The notes under the pieces are model-generated. The model was not told the origin of the DNA, searched no databases, and saw nothing but the letters and a program-made list of their open reading frames with translations. From the NCBI GenBank assembly GCA_018698795.1, contig JABIPG010000104.1, positions 8,011 through 72,010 of the forward strand: a stretch of 64,000 nucleotides of DNA, read 5' to 3'. Below, in pieces: positions 9,887-18,566 of the stretch. The stretch's first letter is position 1, and every line of letters begins with the position of its first letter. Origin of the DNA: Rhodospirillaceae bacterium. GTDB taxonomy: Bacteria; Pseudomonadota; Alphaproteobacteria; Rhodospirillales; Casp-alpha2. The translations under genes were made by a program, and so were the position numbers.

Positions 9887-9932
9887 GTTTCGGGCCCTCG
9901 TTTTTGTCTCAGCAGGAGGTTACATTACTCTC

Positions 9933-11021
9933 ATGAACGCGCGTAAACCAGAGGGAACACTCAGAAAAGGTTGGACCACCGGCGCCTGTGCGACGGCGGC
10001 GGCCATTGCCGCATTCGAGGCTCTGCATGGAGAGGGCTTCTCTGACCCGGTGACAATCAGTTTGCCGGGGGGGCAGTCGCCCTCGTTTACATTGGTTCGC
10101 CGGGAGATGGGGGAAAATTGGGCCGAAGCCAGCGTCATCAAAGATGCCGGGGATGATCCAGACATCACGCACGGTGCGGAAATCATCACCCATGTCGAGC
10201 ATGGGGAGCCGGGCAAGGGCTTGCAGTTCAGAGCCGGCGAAGGTGTTGGCACCGTTACCTTGCCGGGACTGCCGCTGGGCGTGGGAGAGCCCGCGATCAA
10301 TCCAGGCCCGCGTCGGATCATGAGCGATAATCTGGCCGTGCTGGCTGAAAAACATGGCGTGACGTTGGATTTCAACATTACGGTTTCGATCCCGGGTGGC
10401 GAAGAGCTCGCACTCAAAACCATGAACGGTCGGCTCGGGATCGTGGGTGGCCTTTCGGTTCTCGGCACCACCGGAATCGTCGTGCCCTATTCGTGCGCGT
10501 CGTGGATACACTCGATCCACCGCGGCATCGATGTCGCACGAGCAACGGGCGTGCTCCACATCTCTGCAGCCACCGGCTCCACATCGGAAGCCGCCGTCAA
10601 ACAGATGCTTGGCCTGCCGGACACAGCGCTGATCGACATGGGGGACTTCGCCGGCGGATTACTCAAATATTTACGCGCGCACCCCATACCTCGCCTAACA
10701 TTGGCCGGAGGATTCGGCAAATTGAGCAAGCTTGCGCAAGGTCATATGGACCTGCATTCGAGCCGTTCCAGTGTCGATATGTTGGACCTCGCCGAAACCG
10801 CACGGCGCGTTGGTGCCGATGAGGCGGCGGCTGGAAACATCGCTACCGCTAACACCGCCATGCAGGCGCTTGAGATTGCCGTTGAGAATGACGTGCCGTT
10901 GGCTGATGCCATCGCCGGACGCGCGCGCGGCGCGGCTTTGGCGACGCTTGCGGGCGGCACGGCGGTGGAGGTTTTGATTTTCACGCGGTCCGGTGCTCTC
11001 GCCGGTCGTGCAGGGAGCTGA
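9933..11021 (+). CDS. cbiD: Cobalt-precorrin-5B (C1)-methyltransferase CbiD
   Basis: LRKGWTTGACATAAA N-terminal signature and GTTGIVVPYSCASW motif. AGGAGG RBS before ATG 9933; the longer ORF-track start overlaps the divergent SCO gene. Confidence 0.9.
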   Translation: MNARKPEGTLRKGWTTGACATAAAIAAFEALHGEGFSDPVTISLPGGQSPSFTLVRREMGENWAEASVIKDAGDDPDITHGAEIITHVEHGEPGKGLQFRAGEGVGTVTLPGLPLGVGEPAINPGPRRIMSDNLAVLAEKHGVTLDFNITVSIPGGEELALKTMNGRLGIVGGLSVLGTTGIVVPYSCASWIHSIHRGIDVARATGVLHISAATGSTSEAAVKQMLGLPDTALIDMGDFAGGLLKYLRAHPIPRLTLAGGFGKLSKLAQGHMDLHSSRSSVDMLDLAETARRVGADEAAAGNIATANTAMQALEIAVENDVPLADAIAGRARGAALATLAGGTAVEVLIFTRSGALAGRAGS

Positions 11022-11022
11022 C

Positions 11023-11766
11023 ATGCGGCGGCTGTTGATCCTCGGCGGTACGGCGGAGGCACGCGCGCTGGCGGAGGCCGCTGTCAACGAGTTGGGGGAT
11101 CGGCTAGAAGTCGTTACGTCTTGGGCTGGACGCACAGATCGCGCACCGGATGTCGCCGGTGATACGCGGGTCGGTGGTTTCGGCGGCGCAGCCGGCTTGA
11201 CCGACTATCTGCGAACTGAGGCCATCGATTTTGTCATCGATGCCACCCACCCTTTTGCAGAAACAATTTCCGAGCACGCCCATGATGCATGCGTGACGGC
11301 CAGCGTGGCGCGATTGCAGCTGTTCCGCCTCGCCTGGGCTCTGCCGCCGAGTGGGAGGTGGTTGGAGGTCGACGACATGGCTGCCGCTGCCCGTACCATT
11401 GGCGATCTGGGGTCTCGGATTTTTCTGACCACCGGCAAGCAAACCGTTAACGCATTTTCCGATGTTGAGAACGTTTGGTTTCTGGTGCGTCTGATCGACC
11501 CGCCAGCGGAACCCTTGCCGCTTGCCAACTGTGAGGTGGCCACCGGGCGACCGCCGTACGACCTAGAGGCTGAGAGGGCACTGATGGAAAGGCATCGAAT
11601 CGACGCCCTCGTCAGCAAGTCGTCGGGCGGCGCCTTGCCGGAAAAAATCATTGCTGCGTTCGAGCTCGGGTTGCCCGTGCTGCTTGTTGCTCCGCCACCT
11701 CCGCCGCCGGGTATGCGGGTCAGTCATGTGGATGAGGCGATGGCCTGGGTTCGGACCCAAATCTAG
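11023..11766 (+). CDS. cobK: Precorrin-6A / cobalt-precorrin-6A reductase (CobK/CbiJ)
   Basis: MRRLLILGGTAEARALA N-terminus, DATHPFA motif. The ATG lies 1 nt after the cbiD stop codon (gctGAcATG). Confidence 0.85.
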   Translation: MRRLLILGGTAEARALAEAAVNELGDRLEVVTSWAGRTDRAPDVAGDTRVGGFGGAAGLTDYLRTEAIDFVIDATHPFAETISEHAHDACVTASVARLQLFRLAWALPPSGRWLEVDDMAAAARTIGDLGSRIFLTTGKQTVNAFSDVENVWFLVRLIDPPAEPLPLANCEVATGRPPYDLEAERALMERHRIDALVSKSSGGALPEKIIAAFELGLPVLLVAPPPPPPGMRVSHVDEAMAWVRTQI

Positions 11767-12521
11767 CTGCGCGGCCTCAGCACATGATGATGATCGGTGG
11801 CGTAGAGGCGGCTGTCGTCGAAATCTTCGGGCGCCAACACGCGTCCGACCATGATCAGCGCCGTCCGGGTAATACCCGATTCTTTTACCTTGTCGCGGAT
11901 GTTGGAAAGCCGGCCCTCGATAATCAATTGATCGGGCCAGCCAACTCGGTACGCCACGGCGACGGGGCAATCGTCACCATAGTGCGGCGTCAATTCACGC
12001 ACCACTTTGGCCAGGTTGTTGACGGAAAGGTGGATCGCAAGCGTCGCACCGCTTTTGCCCAGTGTTTCCAGGTCCTCGCCATCGGGCATGGATGATGACC
12101 GCACCGCAGTTCGGGTCAAAATGATGGTTTGGCTGACGCCGGCCAACGTCAGTTCCTTCTTCATCGCTGCTGCCGCTGCCGCGTAAGCCGACACGCCCGG
12201 CGTGACATCGTAAGCGATACCAAGATCGTCGAGGCGGCGCATCTGCTCGGCGATAGCGCCATAGAGCGACGGGTCGCCCGAATGCACACGCGCCACGTCT
12301 TTGCCGTCGGCATCGGCGATTTGCATCTCGGCAATGATGGCGCCCAAGTCCATAGGCGCGGTATCGATGACATGGGCATCGGTTCGGGCTTCCGCCAGAA
12401 CGGCTTCGGGCACCAGCGAGCCTGCGTAAAGAATGACGGGCGCCGCCTTGATCAGGTTCAGGCCACGGACGGTGATCAGGTCGGGCGCGCCGGGGCCCGC
12501 CCCAATAAAGTGTACAGTCAC
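11763..12521 (-). CDS. cobM: Precorrin-4 / cobalt-precorrin-4 C11-methyltransferase (CobM/CbiF)
   Basis: VHFIGAGPGAPDLITVRG tetrapyrrole-methylase N-terminus, HSGDPSLYGA motif. GTG start. Confidence 0.9.
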   Translation of the reverse strand: MTVHFIGAGPGAPDLITVRGLNLIKAAPVILYAGSLVPEAVLAEARTDAHVIDTAPMDLGAIIAEMQIADADGKDVARVHSGDPSLYGAIAEQMRRLDDLGIAYDVTPGVSAYAAAAAAMKKELTLAGVSQTIILTRTAVRSSSMPDGEDLETLGKSGATLAIHLSVNNLAKVVRELTPHYGDDCPVAVAYRVGWPDQLIIEGRLSNIRDKVKESGITRTALIMVGRVLAPEDFDDSRLYATDHHHVLRPRS

Positions 12522-12537
12522 GTTTAAATGCTCCGGT

Positions 12538-13185
12538 TTACTTTTTTGTCACGACATCGCGTAGGATATCAAGCACCACGCCCGTGGCTTCGTGGATCAA
12601 GACCACATCTTTTCCGGCAACCACGCGCTCGGTGCCTTCCTTCGCAGGCGGCAGCTGGGTCGCCAGGTCATCGGGCAGATCGCGTTTTTGCAGGCCCGGC
12701 GGCAAACGACCGTTGCGCTCTAGCTGTTTTTGCAAGCCGGGCGGCAAGGCCTTTCGCTTGGCCAGCCCCGGGGGCATGCCCTTGCTTCGTCCACGGCCTT
12801 TGCTTTTGCCCTTACCTTTATTCTTCTTCCAGTCCTTATCTTTCTTATGTTTGCCACCGCGCTTGTCGTCATCGTCATTCTCGTCGTCGCGGTCATCGTC
12901 CTTACGGGCCGTGGTGCTGGCGCCGGTGGCGGCATCGATGACGCGCTTGATGGTCTCCGCCGTTGTTGAGGCGGGGTCGGTGGGCGCGGTGGTGGCGGTG
13001 CGTCCGAAGAAGCGCTCAATGACAGCTTTCTCGGCGGCATCAAAGAGAACCTGGCCGATTTCTCCACTGGCTGCCGGGGGTGCTCCTGGGGCGCCTGTCA
13101 CGGTCCGAGGTGGCGGTGGTGTCTTTTGCGCGGATGCTGGAGAAGCGAGCAAAAGCGCCAATCCAATCAAAATAAAGCGTGCCAT
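12538..13185 (-). CDS. Secreted low-complexity protein, CigR/RcnB-like (family assignment tentative)
   Basis: Signal peptide MARFILIGLALLLASPASAQ and a hyper-charged tract DDDRDDENDDDDKRGGKHKKDKDWKKNKGKGKSKGRGRSKG. Three PPGL[AQ]K repeats and a C-terminal GKDVVLIHEATGVVLDIL motif resemble CigR/RcnB (DUF3315) as I remember them. GGAG RBS 7 nt before ATG 13185. Confidence 0.6.
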   Translation of the reverse strand: MARFILIGLALLLASPASAQKTPPPPRTVTGAPGAPPAASGEIGQVLFDAAEKAVIERFFGRTATTAPTDPASTTAETIKRVIDAATGASTTARKDDDRDDENDDDDKRGGKHKKDKDWKKNKGKGKSKGRGRSKGMPPGLAKRKALPPGLQKQLERNGRLPPGLQKRDLPDDLATQLPPAKEGTERVVAGKDVVLIHEATGVVLDILRDVVTKK

Positions 13186-13227
13186 ACTCAATCTCCGTTT
13201 CTTATTCGCGGCAGGATCGACGCCGGT

Positions 13228-15033
13228 TCAACTGCCGACCATCTTAGCCGCATAACCGCGCGGCGTGTAGACCCACTCGCGTTGGCCACGGCGGATGTGG
13301 CGGGTTTGGCTGTTGCCGATCAGCACCAGGGTTAGCATGTCGACACGGTCGGGCTCCAACTCATCAAGCCGAATGACATCCAATGTTTCGCCATCGCGCC
13401 CCAGATTGCGTCCCAATATCACCGGCGTTTCCGCCGGGCGATGAGCGAGCATGGCATCGCGTGCCGCAACCAATTGGCGGCGGCGGCGTTTGGAGACGGG
13501 GTTATAAAGGGCGGTGATGAAATCTCCTGCGGCGGCGGCCTGTAGTCTGTTCTCGATTACCTCCCACGGAGTCAGCAAATCTGAGAGCGAAACCGTGCAG
13601 AAATCGTGGCCGATGGGCGCGCCCATGCGCGCCGCCGCCGCTTGGATAGCCGAGACGCCGGGCTCGACGCTGATATCCAATCGGTTCCACTCGGGTTTGT
13701 CTTCGCGGTCCAGCAACTCGAATGCCAGGGTTGCCAGCGCGTAGATGCCGGCATCGCCGGAACTGACCAGGGCAACGTCCAGGCCCTCGGCGGCGCGTTC
13801 GATGGCCAGGCGCACGCGCGCTTCTTCTTCTGACAACTTCGAATCATGGCGCGGTTTATCGCCAATGACGTTCGAGATTAAATCCAGATAGAGCCCATAG
13901 CCGACCACCTCATCGGCACCGGCAAGTGCGTTGGTCACCGCTGGCGTGCGCCATCCGTCCGATCCGGGACCGATACCGACTACCGTCAGGCGCCCACGTT
14001 TCTTGCCGACCGTATCGGGGTCGATGTCGGTATTGGTGCTGGCCAAACCGAGTGCACAGGTCGCACGCTTGGATTTGGCTTTTGGCACGATCAATTCGCC
14101 GCCCTTGCCAACGGCGGCAAGCGCCGCGCCTTCGGCGACACCATGGCAGCCGACCTCGGCGAACACCACGTCGGACGGATTGGCGAGGCGGGACGCTTGG
14201 GTTTCAAGTTCAGCCGCCGAGAAAAACCGCACCGGTACGCCGAGATGATCAGCCAACGCATGCACAGCGTTTTCATCGGCCTTTACGTCGATGGAAACGA
14301 CGCACGCTACAGCTTGCCTCACCAGTCCTGCCTGGGTGAGTGTTTCTTGCGCCAGGGAAATCAGTTCCGCCGGATCGCAATCCCGCTCACAGCCAACGCC
14401 CAGAGCCAATACTGGCGGACGCAGAACCAACCGCTCGCCATCGCCGGCATCGACTTTGTGGGTAACCGTGATTGAAGGGGTGCTTCCCTCTGAGAATTCA
14501 ACATTGGTTTCCGTCAGCCACGCGAAGTCGCCACTTACAGCCTGCAGGCCTACCGCTTGTTTGGCGAGGAGTGCGGCGGCGACAGGTTTGGCGGCAGCCA
14601 CATTGGTCACTGACCAGCCCGGCGGTGGATCATCCAGCGCTACGCCCAATGCAACATCGCCGGCGGTGGTGATGGCCGCGCTCGTGCCCAGAGCGTTCGC
14701 AATACTCGCGGCCAGTCGGTTCGCGCCGTTGTGTCCACCCAACAGCGGCACCACGGCGCTGCCGTCTTGGGCTACGGCGATGATCGGCGGTTCGGACCGT
14801 TTGTCGCTAAGCAGCGGAGCCAAGGCACGGATCAATATGCCGGCGGCGCAGATGCCGATGATCGGCCGGCCGGATTTAAACAGATCACCGAGATGTTCGA
14901 TGGTGTCGGTAAAGGTTACGACTGCATTGTCGGCGCGTCCGGCAAGGCCGTGGATCTCGGCATCCGGCAACCCCAATCGGCTTGCGAAGTTGAGGCCGTC
15001 TTTAGTCAAGGCGATGATGGCAGGTTGTTTCAT
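13228..15033 (-). CDS. Fused CbiG (cobalt-precorrin-5A hydrolase) / CbiH-CobJ (precorrin-3B C17-methyltransferase)
   Basis: 601 aa. The N-terminal ~340 aa are CbiG-like (IIALTKDGLNFASRL...). The C-terminal ~250 aa are a tetrapyrrole methylase (LTVVGIGPGSDGWRTPAV..., SSGDAGIYA). Confidence 0.9.
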   Translation of the reverse strand: MKQPAIIALTKDGLNFASRLGLPDAEIHGLAGRADNAVVTFTDTIEHLGDLFKSGRPIIGICAAGILIRALAPLLSDKRSEPPIIAVAQDGSAVVPLLGGHNGANRLAASIANALGTSAAITTAGDVALGVALDDPPPGWSVTNVAAAKPVAAALLAKQAVGLQAVSGDFAWLTETNVEFSEGSTPSITVTHKVDAGDGERLVLRPPVLALGVGCERDCDPAELISLAQETLTQAGLVRQAVACVVSIDVKADENAVHALADHLGVPVRFFSAAELETQASRLANPSDVVFAEVGCHGVAEGAALAAVGKGGELIVPKAKSKRATCALGLASTNTDIDPDTVGKKRGRLTVVGIGPGSDGWRTPAVTNALAGADEVVGYGLYLDLISNVIGDKPRHDSKLSEEEARVRLAIERAAEGLDVALVSSGDAGIYALATLAFELLDREDKPEWNRLDISVEPGVSAIQAAAARMGAPIGHDFCTVSLSDLLTPWEVIENRLQAAAAGDFITALYNPVSKRRRRQLVAARDAMLAHRPAETPVILGRNLGRDGETLDVIRLDELEPDRVDMLTLVLIGNSQTRHIRRGQREWVYTPRGYAAKMVGS

Positions 15034-15737
15034 TGGCCGGCCTCACCGGATTCACGCCGGATCAATATCATCGAGAAATACGGCGCCTTGGCCGTATCCA
15101 CCTGATCAAGCGGCAGTGCGCGTTGATCGGCCATGCTGGCGTGCTCTATATAATGAGCGTCGGCGGAAAGCCCTAAGCGATCAATGACGCGGCGCACCTT
15201 GTCGAAATGCCGGCCGACTTTCATGACGGCCACGGCAGTGGAGGCTTTTATGCGGGCCTCCAACTCGGCTTCGTCCAAGGGGCCCGGCACAATGCTGAGT
15301 GTTTCATTGCGCGATACCAGCGGCACGCCGGCGGCGGCGGCACACGCCCCCAAAGACGACACGCCCGGCACAACTTTGGTTTCGTGTTCGCCGGCCAGAC
15401 GTGCAAACAGATACATGAACGAGCCGTACAGAAACGGGTCGCCCTCGCACAGAACCGCAACATCGCGCCCAGCGCTCAGATGGTCGCCGATCTCGCCGGC
15501 ATAGTGGTCATAGACATCGTGGGCCGGAAAGGCGCCCGGCACCATCGGCGTGCGCACGGCGATTTCCGTCTTGCCGTCGGGGATGTGGGGCTCGGCGATG
15601 GCGCGCGCCAGGCTGTCGCCTTTGTCGGGGGCCGGATAAGCGATGACGGGCGCCGCTTCGATGATGCGCAGCGCCTTCAAGGTAATCAATTCCGGGTCGC
15701 CGGGGCCGACGCCGAGACCATACAAAGTGCCGCTCAT
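15030..15737 (-). CDS. cobI: Precorrin-2 / cobalt-precorrin-2 C20-methyltransferase (CobI/CbiL)
   Basis: LYGLGVGPGDPELITLKA and CEGDPFLYGS motifs. ATGA overlap with the cobL stop when started at 15737. Confidence 0.9.
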   Translation of the reverse strand: MSGTLYGLGVGPGDPELITLKALRIIEAAPVIAYPAPDKGDSLARAIAEPHIPDGKTEIAVRTPMVPGAFPAHDVYDHYAGEIGDHLSAGRDVAVLCEGDPFLYGSFMYLFARLAGEHETKVVPGVSSLGACAAAAGVPLVSRNETLSIVPGPLDEAELEARIKASTAVAVMKVGRHFDKVRRVIDRLGLSADAHYIEHASMADQRALPLDQVDTAKAPYFSMILIRRESGEAGQ

Positions 15738-16954
15738 GTTTTCTCCACGTACAATTGCCAAACTTCCATCATCGGCCGCATACCGTTCAGTGGGCCGACG
15801 CTATCTTCGCGCGCTATGCTTAGGCGCGTCATCCGGCCACCGTAATTATCACGGAACGCCAGCAAAGATTGTTGTGCTTCCAGGGTTACGGCATTGGCCA
15901 CCAGGCGCCCGCCGTCAGCAAGCCGACCCCAACAGGCCTCCATCACCGCCGCGTCAGAGACGCCTCCGCCAATGAACACCGCATCCGGTGCACCTTCAAT
16001 GGCATCCAGAGCTTCAGGGGCAAGGCCTTCAACCACTTGCAGGCGAGGGACGCCTAGGTTTGCAGCATTGGCACGGATGAAGCCGACGCGTTTTTCGTGC
16101 CGCTCAATGGCAATGGCTGTGACGGAGGGCTCTAACCGCAGCCATTCGATTGCTACGGTTCCCGACCCGGCACCGACATCCCAAAGCGTTTCTCCCGGCA
16201 GCGGTGCCAGTGCCGAAATGGTGGCGGCGCGAACTTCGCGCTTGGTGACCATGTTGTCGTGCTCGAAAGCGTCTTCCGGCAATCCCGGTGCGCGCGACCA
16301 TGCGACGGCGTCTACACCAGCGACACAGGTAACGGCGATGGTGTTGAGAGCGGCGGTTTCAAGCACGTTCCAACTTTGGGCAGCGCCTTTGATTTTTTGT
16401 TCATCAACACCGCCCATGTGTTCCATGACGGTGATTTTGCTTTCGCCGTATCCCTTTTGAGTCAAAAGGGCGGCAAGTTTGGCCGGGGTGGCGCCATCCC
16501 AACTGAGAATCAGCAAACGTGCGTCAGGGTGCAGATAGAGGTTCACTGTTTCCAAGGCGCGGCCATGCACGGTCAGGCAACTGACATCGGGCAAAGACCA
16601 ACCCATGCGCGCCGCAGCGAGTGAGAAAGCGCCGGGCGCCGGGATGACAGTCATGGCTTCAATGTCGAAGCGCCGGGCCAGGGTCGAGCCGACGCCGAAA
16701 TACATAGGGTCGCCCGATGCCAGCACCACCACGCGCTTGCCTTCATGCTGTCGGATGGCTTCAACGCCTTTGTCGAAATCTTTGCCCCAACTCACTTTTT
16801 CGGCGTGATGCTCGGCGACTTTCTCCAGGTGACGCTTGCCGCCGATTAAAACTTCTGCCGTGTCGATCGCGCGGCGGGCTTCATCGCCCAACGCTCGAAG
16901 CCCGTCTTCGCCGATGCCGACGATAGTCAACCAGTGGGCGCGGGTGGCACTCAT
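15734..16954 (-). CDS. cobL: Precorrin-6Y C5,15-methyltransferase, decarboxylating (CobL; fused CbiE/CbiT)
   Basis: N-terminal tetrapyrrole methylase (LTIVGIGEDG, ASGDPMYFG) plus a C-terminal SAM-MTase (LWDVGAGSGTVAIEW). 4-nt overlaps with both neighbours. Confidence 0.9.
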   Translation of the reverse strand: MSATRAHWLTIVGIGEDGLRALGDEARRAIDTAEVLIGGKRHLEKVAEHHAEKVSWGKDFDKGVEAIRQHEGKRVVVLASGDPMYFGVGSTLARRFDIEAMTVIPAPGAFSLAAARMGWSLPDVSCLTVHGRALETVNLYLHPDARLLILSWDGATPAKLAALLTQKGYGESKITVMEHMGGVDEQKIKGAAQSWNVLETAALNTIAVTCVAGVDAVAWSRAPGLPEDAFEHDNMVTKREVRAATISALAPLPGETLWDVGAGSGTVAIEWLRLEPSVTAIAIERHEKRVGFIRANAANLGVPRLQVVEGLAPEALDAIEGAPDAVFIGGGVSDAAVMEACWGRLADGGRLVANAVTLEAQQSLLAFRDNYGGRMTRLSIAREDSVGPLNGMRPMMEVWQLYVEKT

Positions 16955-17580
16955 CGCGGCGCCTCAATCAATAGCGCGTTGAGCGCCGCCGCCGCCATGG
17001 CGCTGCCGCCGAGACGGCCTTTCATCGTCACGAATGGCGTGCCGCTTGCGTGCTCGATCAAGGCATCTTTGGATTCCGCCGCACCGACAAAACCGACCGG
17101 AAAGCCCAGAATGAGGGCGGGTGTCGGCGCACCCCCGGCCAGTCGTTCTAGCAACCGAAACAGGGCTGTCGGCGCATTGCCGAACACGACGACCGCGCCT
17201 GCCAGATGATCGTCCCACAGATCGAGCGCCGCTGCCGAGCGGGTCGTGTGCATGGCTTTGGCAAGATCGGGCGTGCGCGGATCGTTGAGCGTACAAACGA
17301 CCTGATTGTCGGCGGGCAGGCGGTTTTTCATGATGCCCGCGCCGACCATTTCCGCATCCACCAAAATCGACGCACCGGCTTTCAGTGCTTCGCGTCCTGC
17401 CATGGCCGGGTCACCGCCCCAGGCCAGCTGGTTCAAGGCTTCCGGCATGCCGCAGGCGTGGATCACCCGTTCCGCGATCGGCACCAACCCAGATGGCAGG
17501 GCGGAAAAATCGGCCTCGGCTCGCAAGGTTGCGAAGGATTGCCGGTAGATCTCGTCCGGATCACGAAGATAGTCGAACAT
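16951..17580 (-). CDS. cobH: Precorrin-8X methylmutase (CobH/CbiC)
   Basis: 209 aa with IYRQSFATLRAE..., VIHACGMPE and VVVFGNAPTALFRLLE motifs typical of CobH. Confidence 0.9.
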   Translation of the reverse strand: MFDYLRDPDEIYRQSFATLRAEADFSALPSGLVPIAERVIHACGMPEALNQLAWGGDPAMAGREALKAGASILVDAEMVGAGIMKNRLPADNQVVCTLNDPRTPDLAKAMHTTRSAAALDLWDDHLAGAVVVFGNAPTALFRLLERLAGGAPTPALILGFPVGFVGAAESKDALIEHASGTPFVTMKGRLGGSAMAAAALNALLIEAPR

Positions 17581-17591
17581 CGGAGCGCCGC

Positions 17592-18566
17592 TTATTCGTC
17601 GTGGTCGTGGTGGTGATGCCCGTGTCCATGTTCATGACCATGGTGTTGGTGGCCGTGGTGCACGCCGTGGTCGGCGGCGCCGTGGCCGTCGGTTCCGGCA
17701 CCGACCACATGGTGGTGATGGCCAACCTGCGCGGCGCCGTGATCATGCTCGTAGCCGATGATCTGCTCGCGGTACTTACACAGCAGGCAGTTCATGTTGT
17801 TGGTGCCCTCAAGCGCCTCGTCCAGCCGGTCGATGAAGCAATCGATCAGTTGCGCGTGGTCATTGAGGTAGCTGGCCTTGACGATCTCGACATCGGGATT
17901 GGCCTGAGCGGCCTCGTCGGCCCAAGTGTAGATACGGCGCACCAGAATACCCGTGAACATAAAGTACGGAAACACGACAATGCGTTTGTAGCCGAGCTTC
18001 ATGGCGCGCTCGAGCCCTTCGTTGACCAGCGGATAGGCGACGCCAGAAAAACTGACCTCAGCCCAGCCGAAACCCATGCCTTCCCACAACATGCGTGCCA
18101 CCTTGGAGACGTTGGAGTTGGCATCCGAATCGTTGGTGCCGCGCCCGACGACCATCAACAGCGTGTCTTTGCGCGCGATGTGGTCCCCGGCCTCGTTGAG
18201 GGCTTCTTCGACCCGGTCGCGGGCAGCGCCGAGCAGTTTCGAATCGATCGCCAACTCACGCCCGAATACCATTTCGATATCGGGGTTTTCGGCACCGAAG
18301 TTGTTGATCTCGGACGGCAGATCATTTTTCACATGGCCGGCGGCAAACAGCATGCCGGGCAGGCAGACGATCTTTTTCGCGCCGCGCTCCTTCAGCTTGT
18401 CGAGGCCGGTGCGAATGATCGGCTTGGCGAACTCCAGGAAACCGCTCTCCACATCGTGGTCGGGGAGGCGTTTTCTCAGGTGTACGGCGAGGGAGTTGAA
18501 TTCTTCAATGGCTGCGTCATCGCGCGAGCCGTGGCCGCAAATCATTACGGCGGGTCTATCCGTCAT
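17592..18566 (-). CDS. cbiX: Sirohydrochlorin cobaltochelatase, long form (CbiX-L) with Fe-S motif and His-rich tail
   Basis: Two tandem CbiX half-domains (VMICGHGSRD..., LMVVGRGTNDSDAN). Then MNCLLCKYRE (MxCxxC) and a C-terminal tail HHHHVVGAGTDGHGAADHGVHHGHQHHGHEHGHGHHHHDHDE. Confidence 0.85.
   Translation of the reverse strand: MTDRPAVMICGHGSRDDAAIEEFNSLAVHLRKRLPDHDVESGFLEFAKPIIRTGLDKLKERGAKKIVCLPGMLFAAGHVKNDLPSEINNFGAENPDIEMVFGRELAIDSKLLGAARDRVEEALNEAGDHIARKDTLLMVVGRGTNDSDANSNVSKVARMLWEGMGFGWAEVSFSGVAYPLVNEGLERAMKLGYKRIVVFPYFMFTGILVRRIYTWADEAAQANPDVEIVKASYLNDHAQLIDCFIDRLDEALEGTNNMNCLLCKYREQIIGYEHDHGAAQVGHHHHVVGAGTDGHGAADHGVHHGHQHHGHEHGHGHHHHDHDE

Noticed and set aside
9642-9932. N-terminal extensions proposed by the ORF track. 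Affected starts: cbiD at 9642, GntR at 1709, MFS at 5530, cbiB at 19959, DUF938 at 38931, DMT at 41808, SBP at 48428, ATPase at 51895, M81-C at 59714, DsbA at 63661, NTF2 at 33994.
   Set aside because: The extensions overlap neighbouring genes or add low-complexity residues ahead of the conserved family N-terminus. Internal starts give RBS support or ATGA-type coupling.
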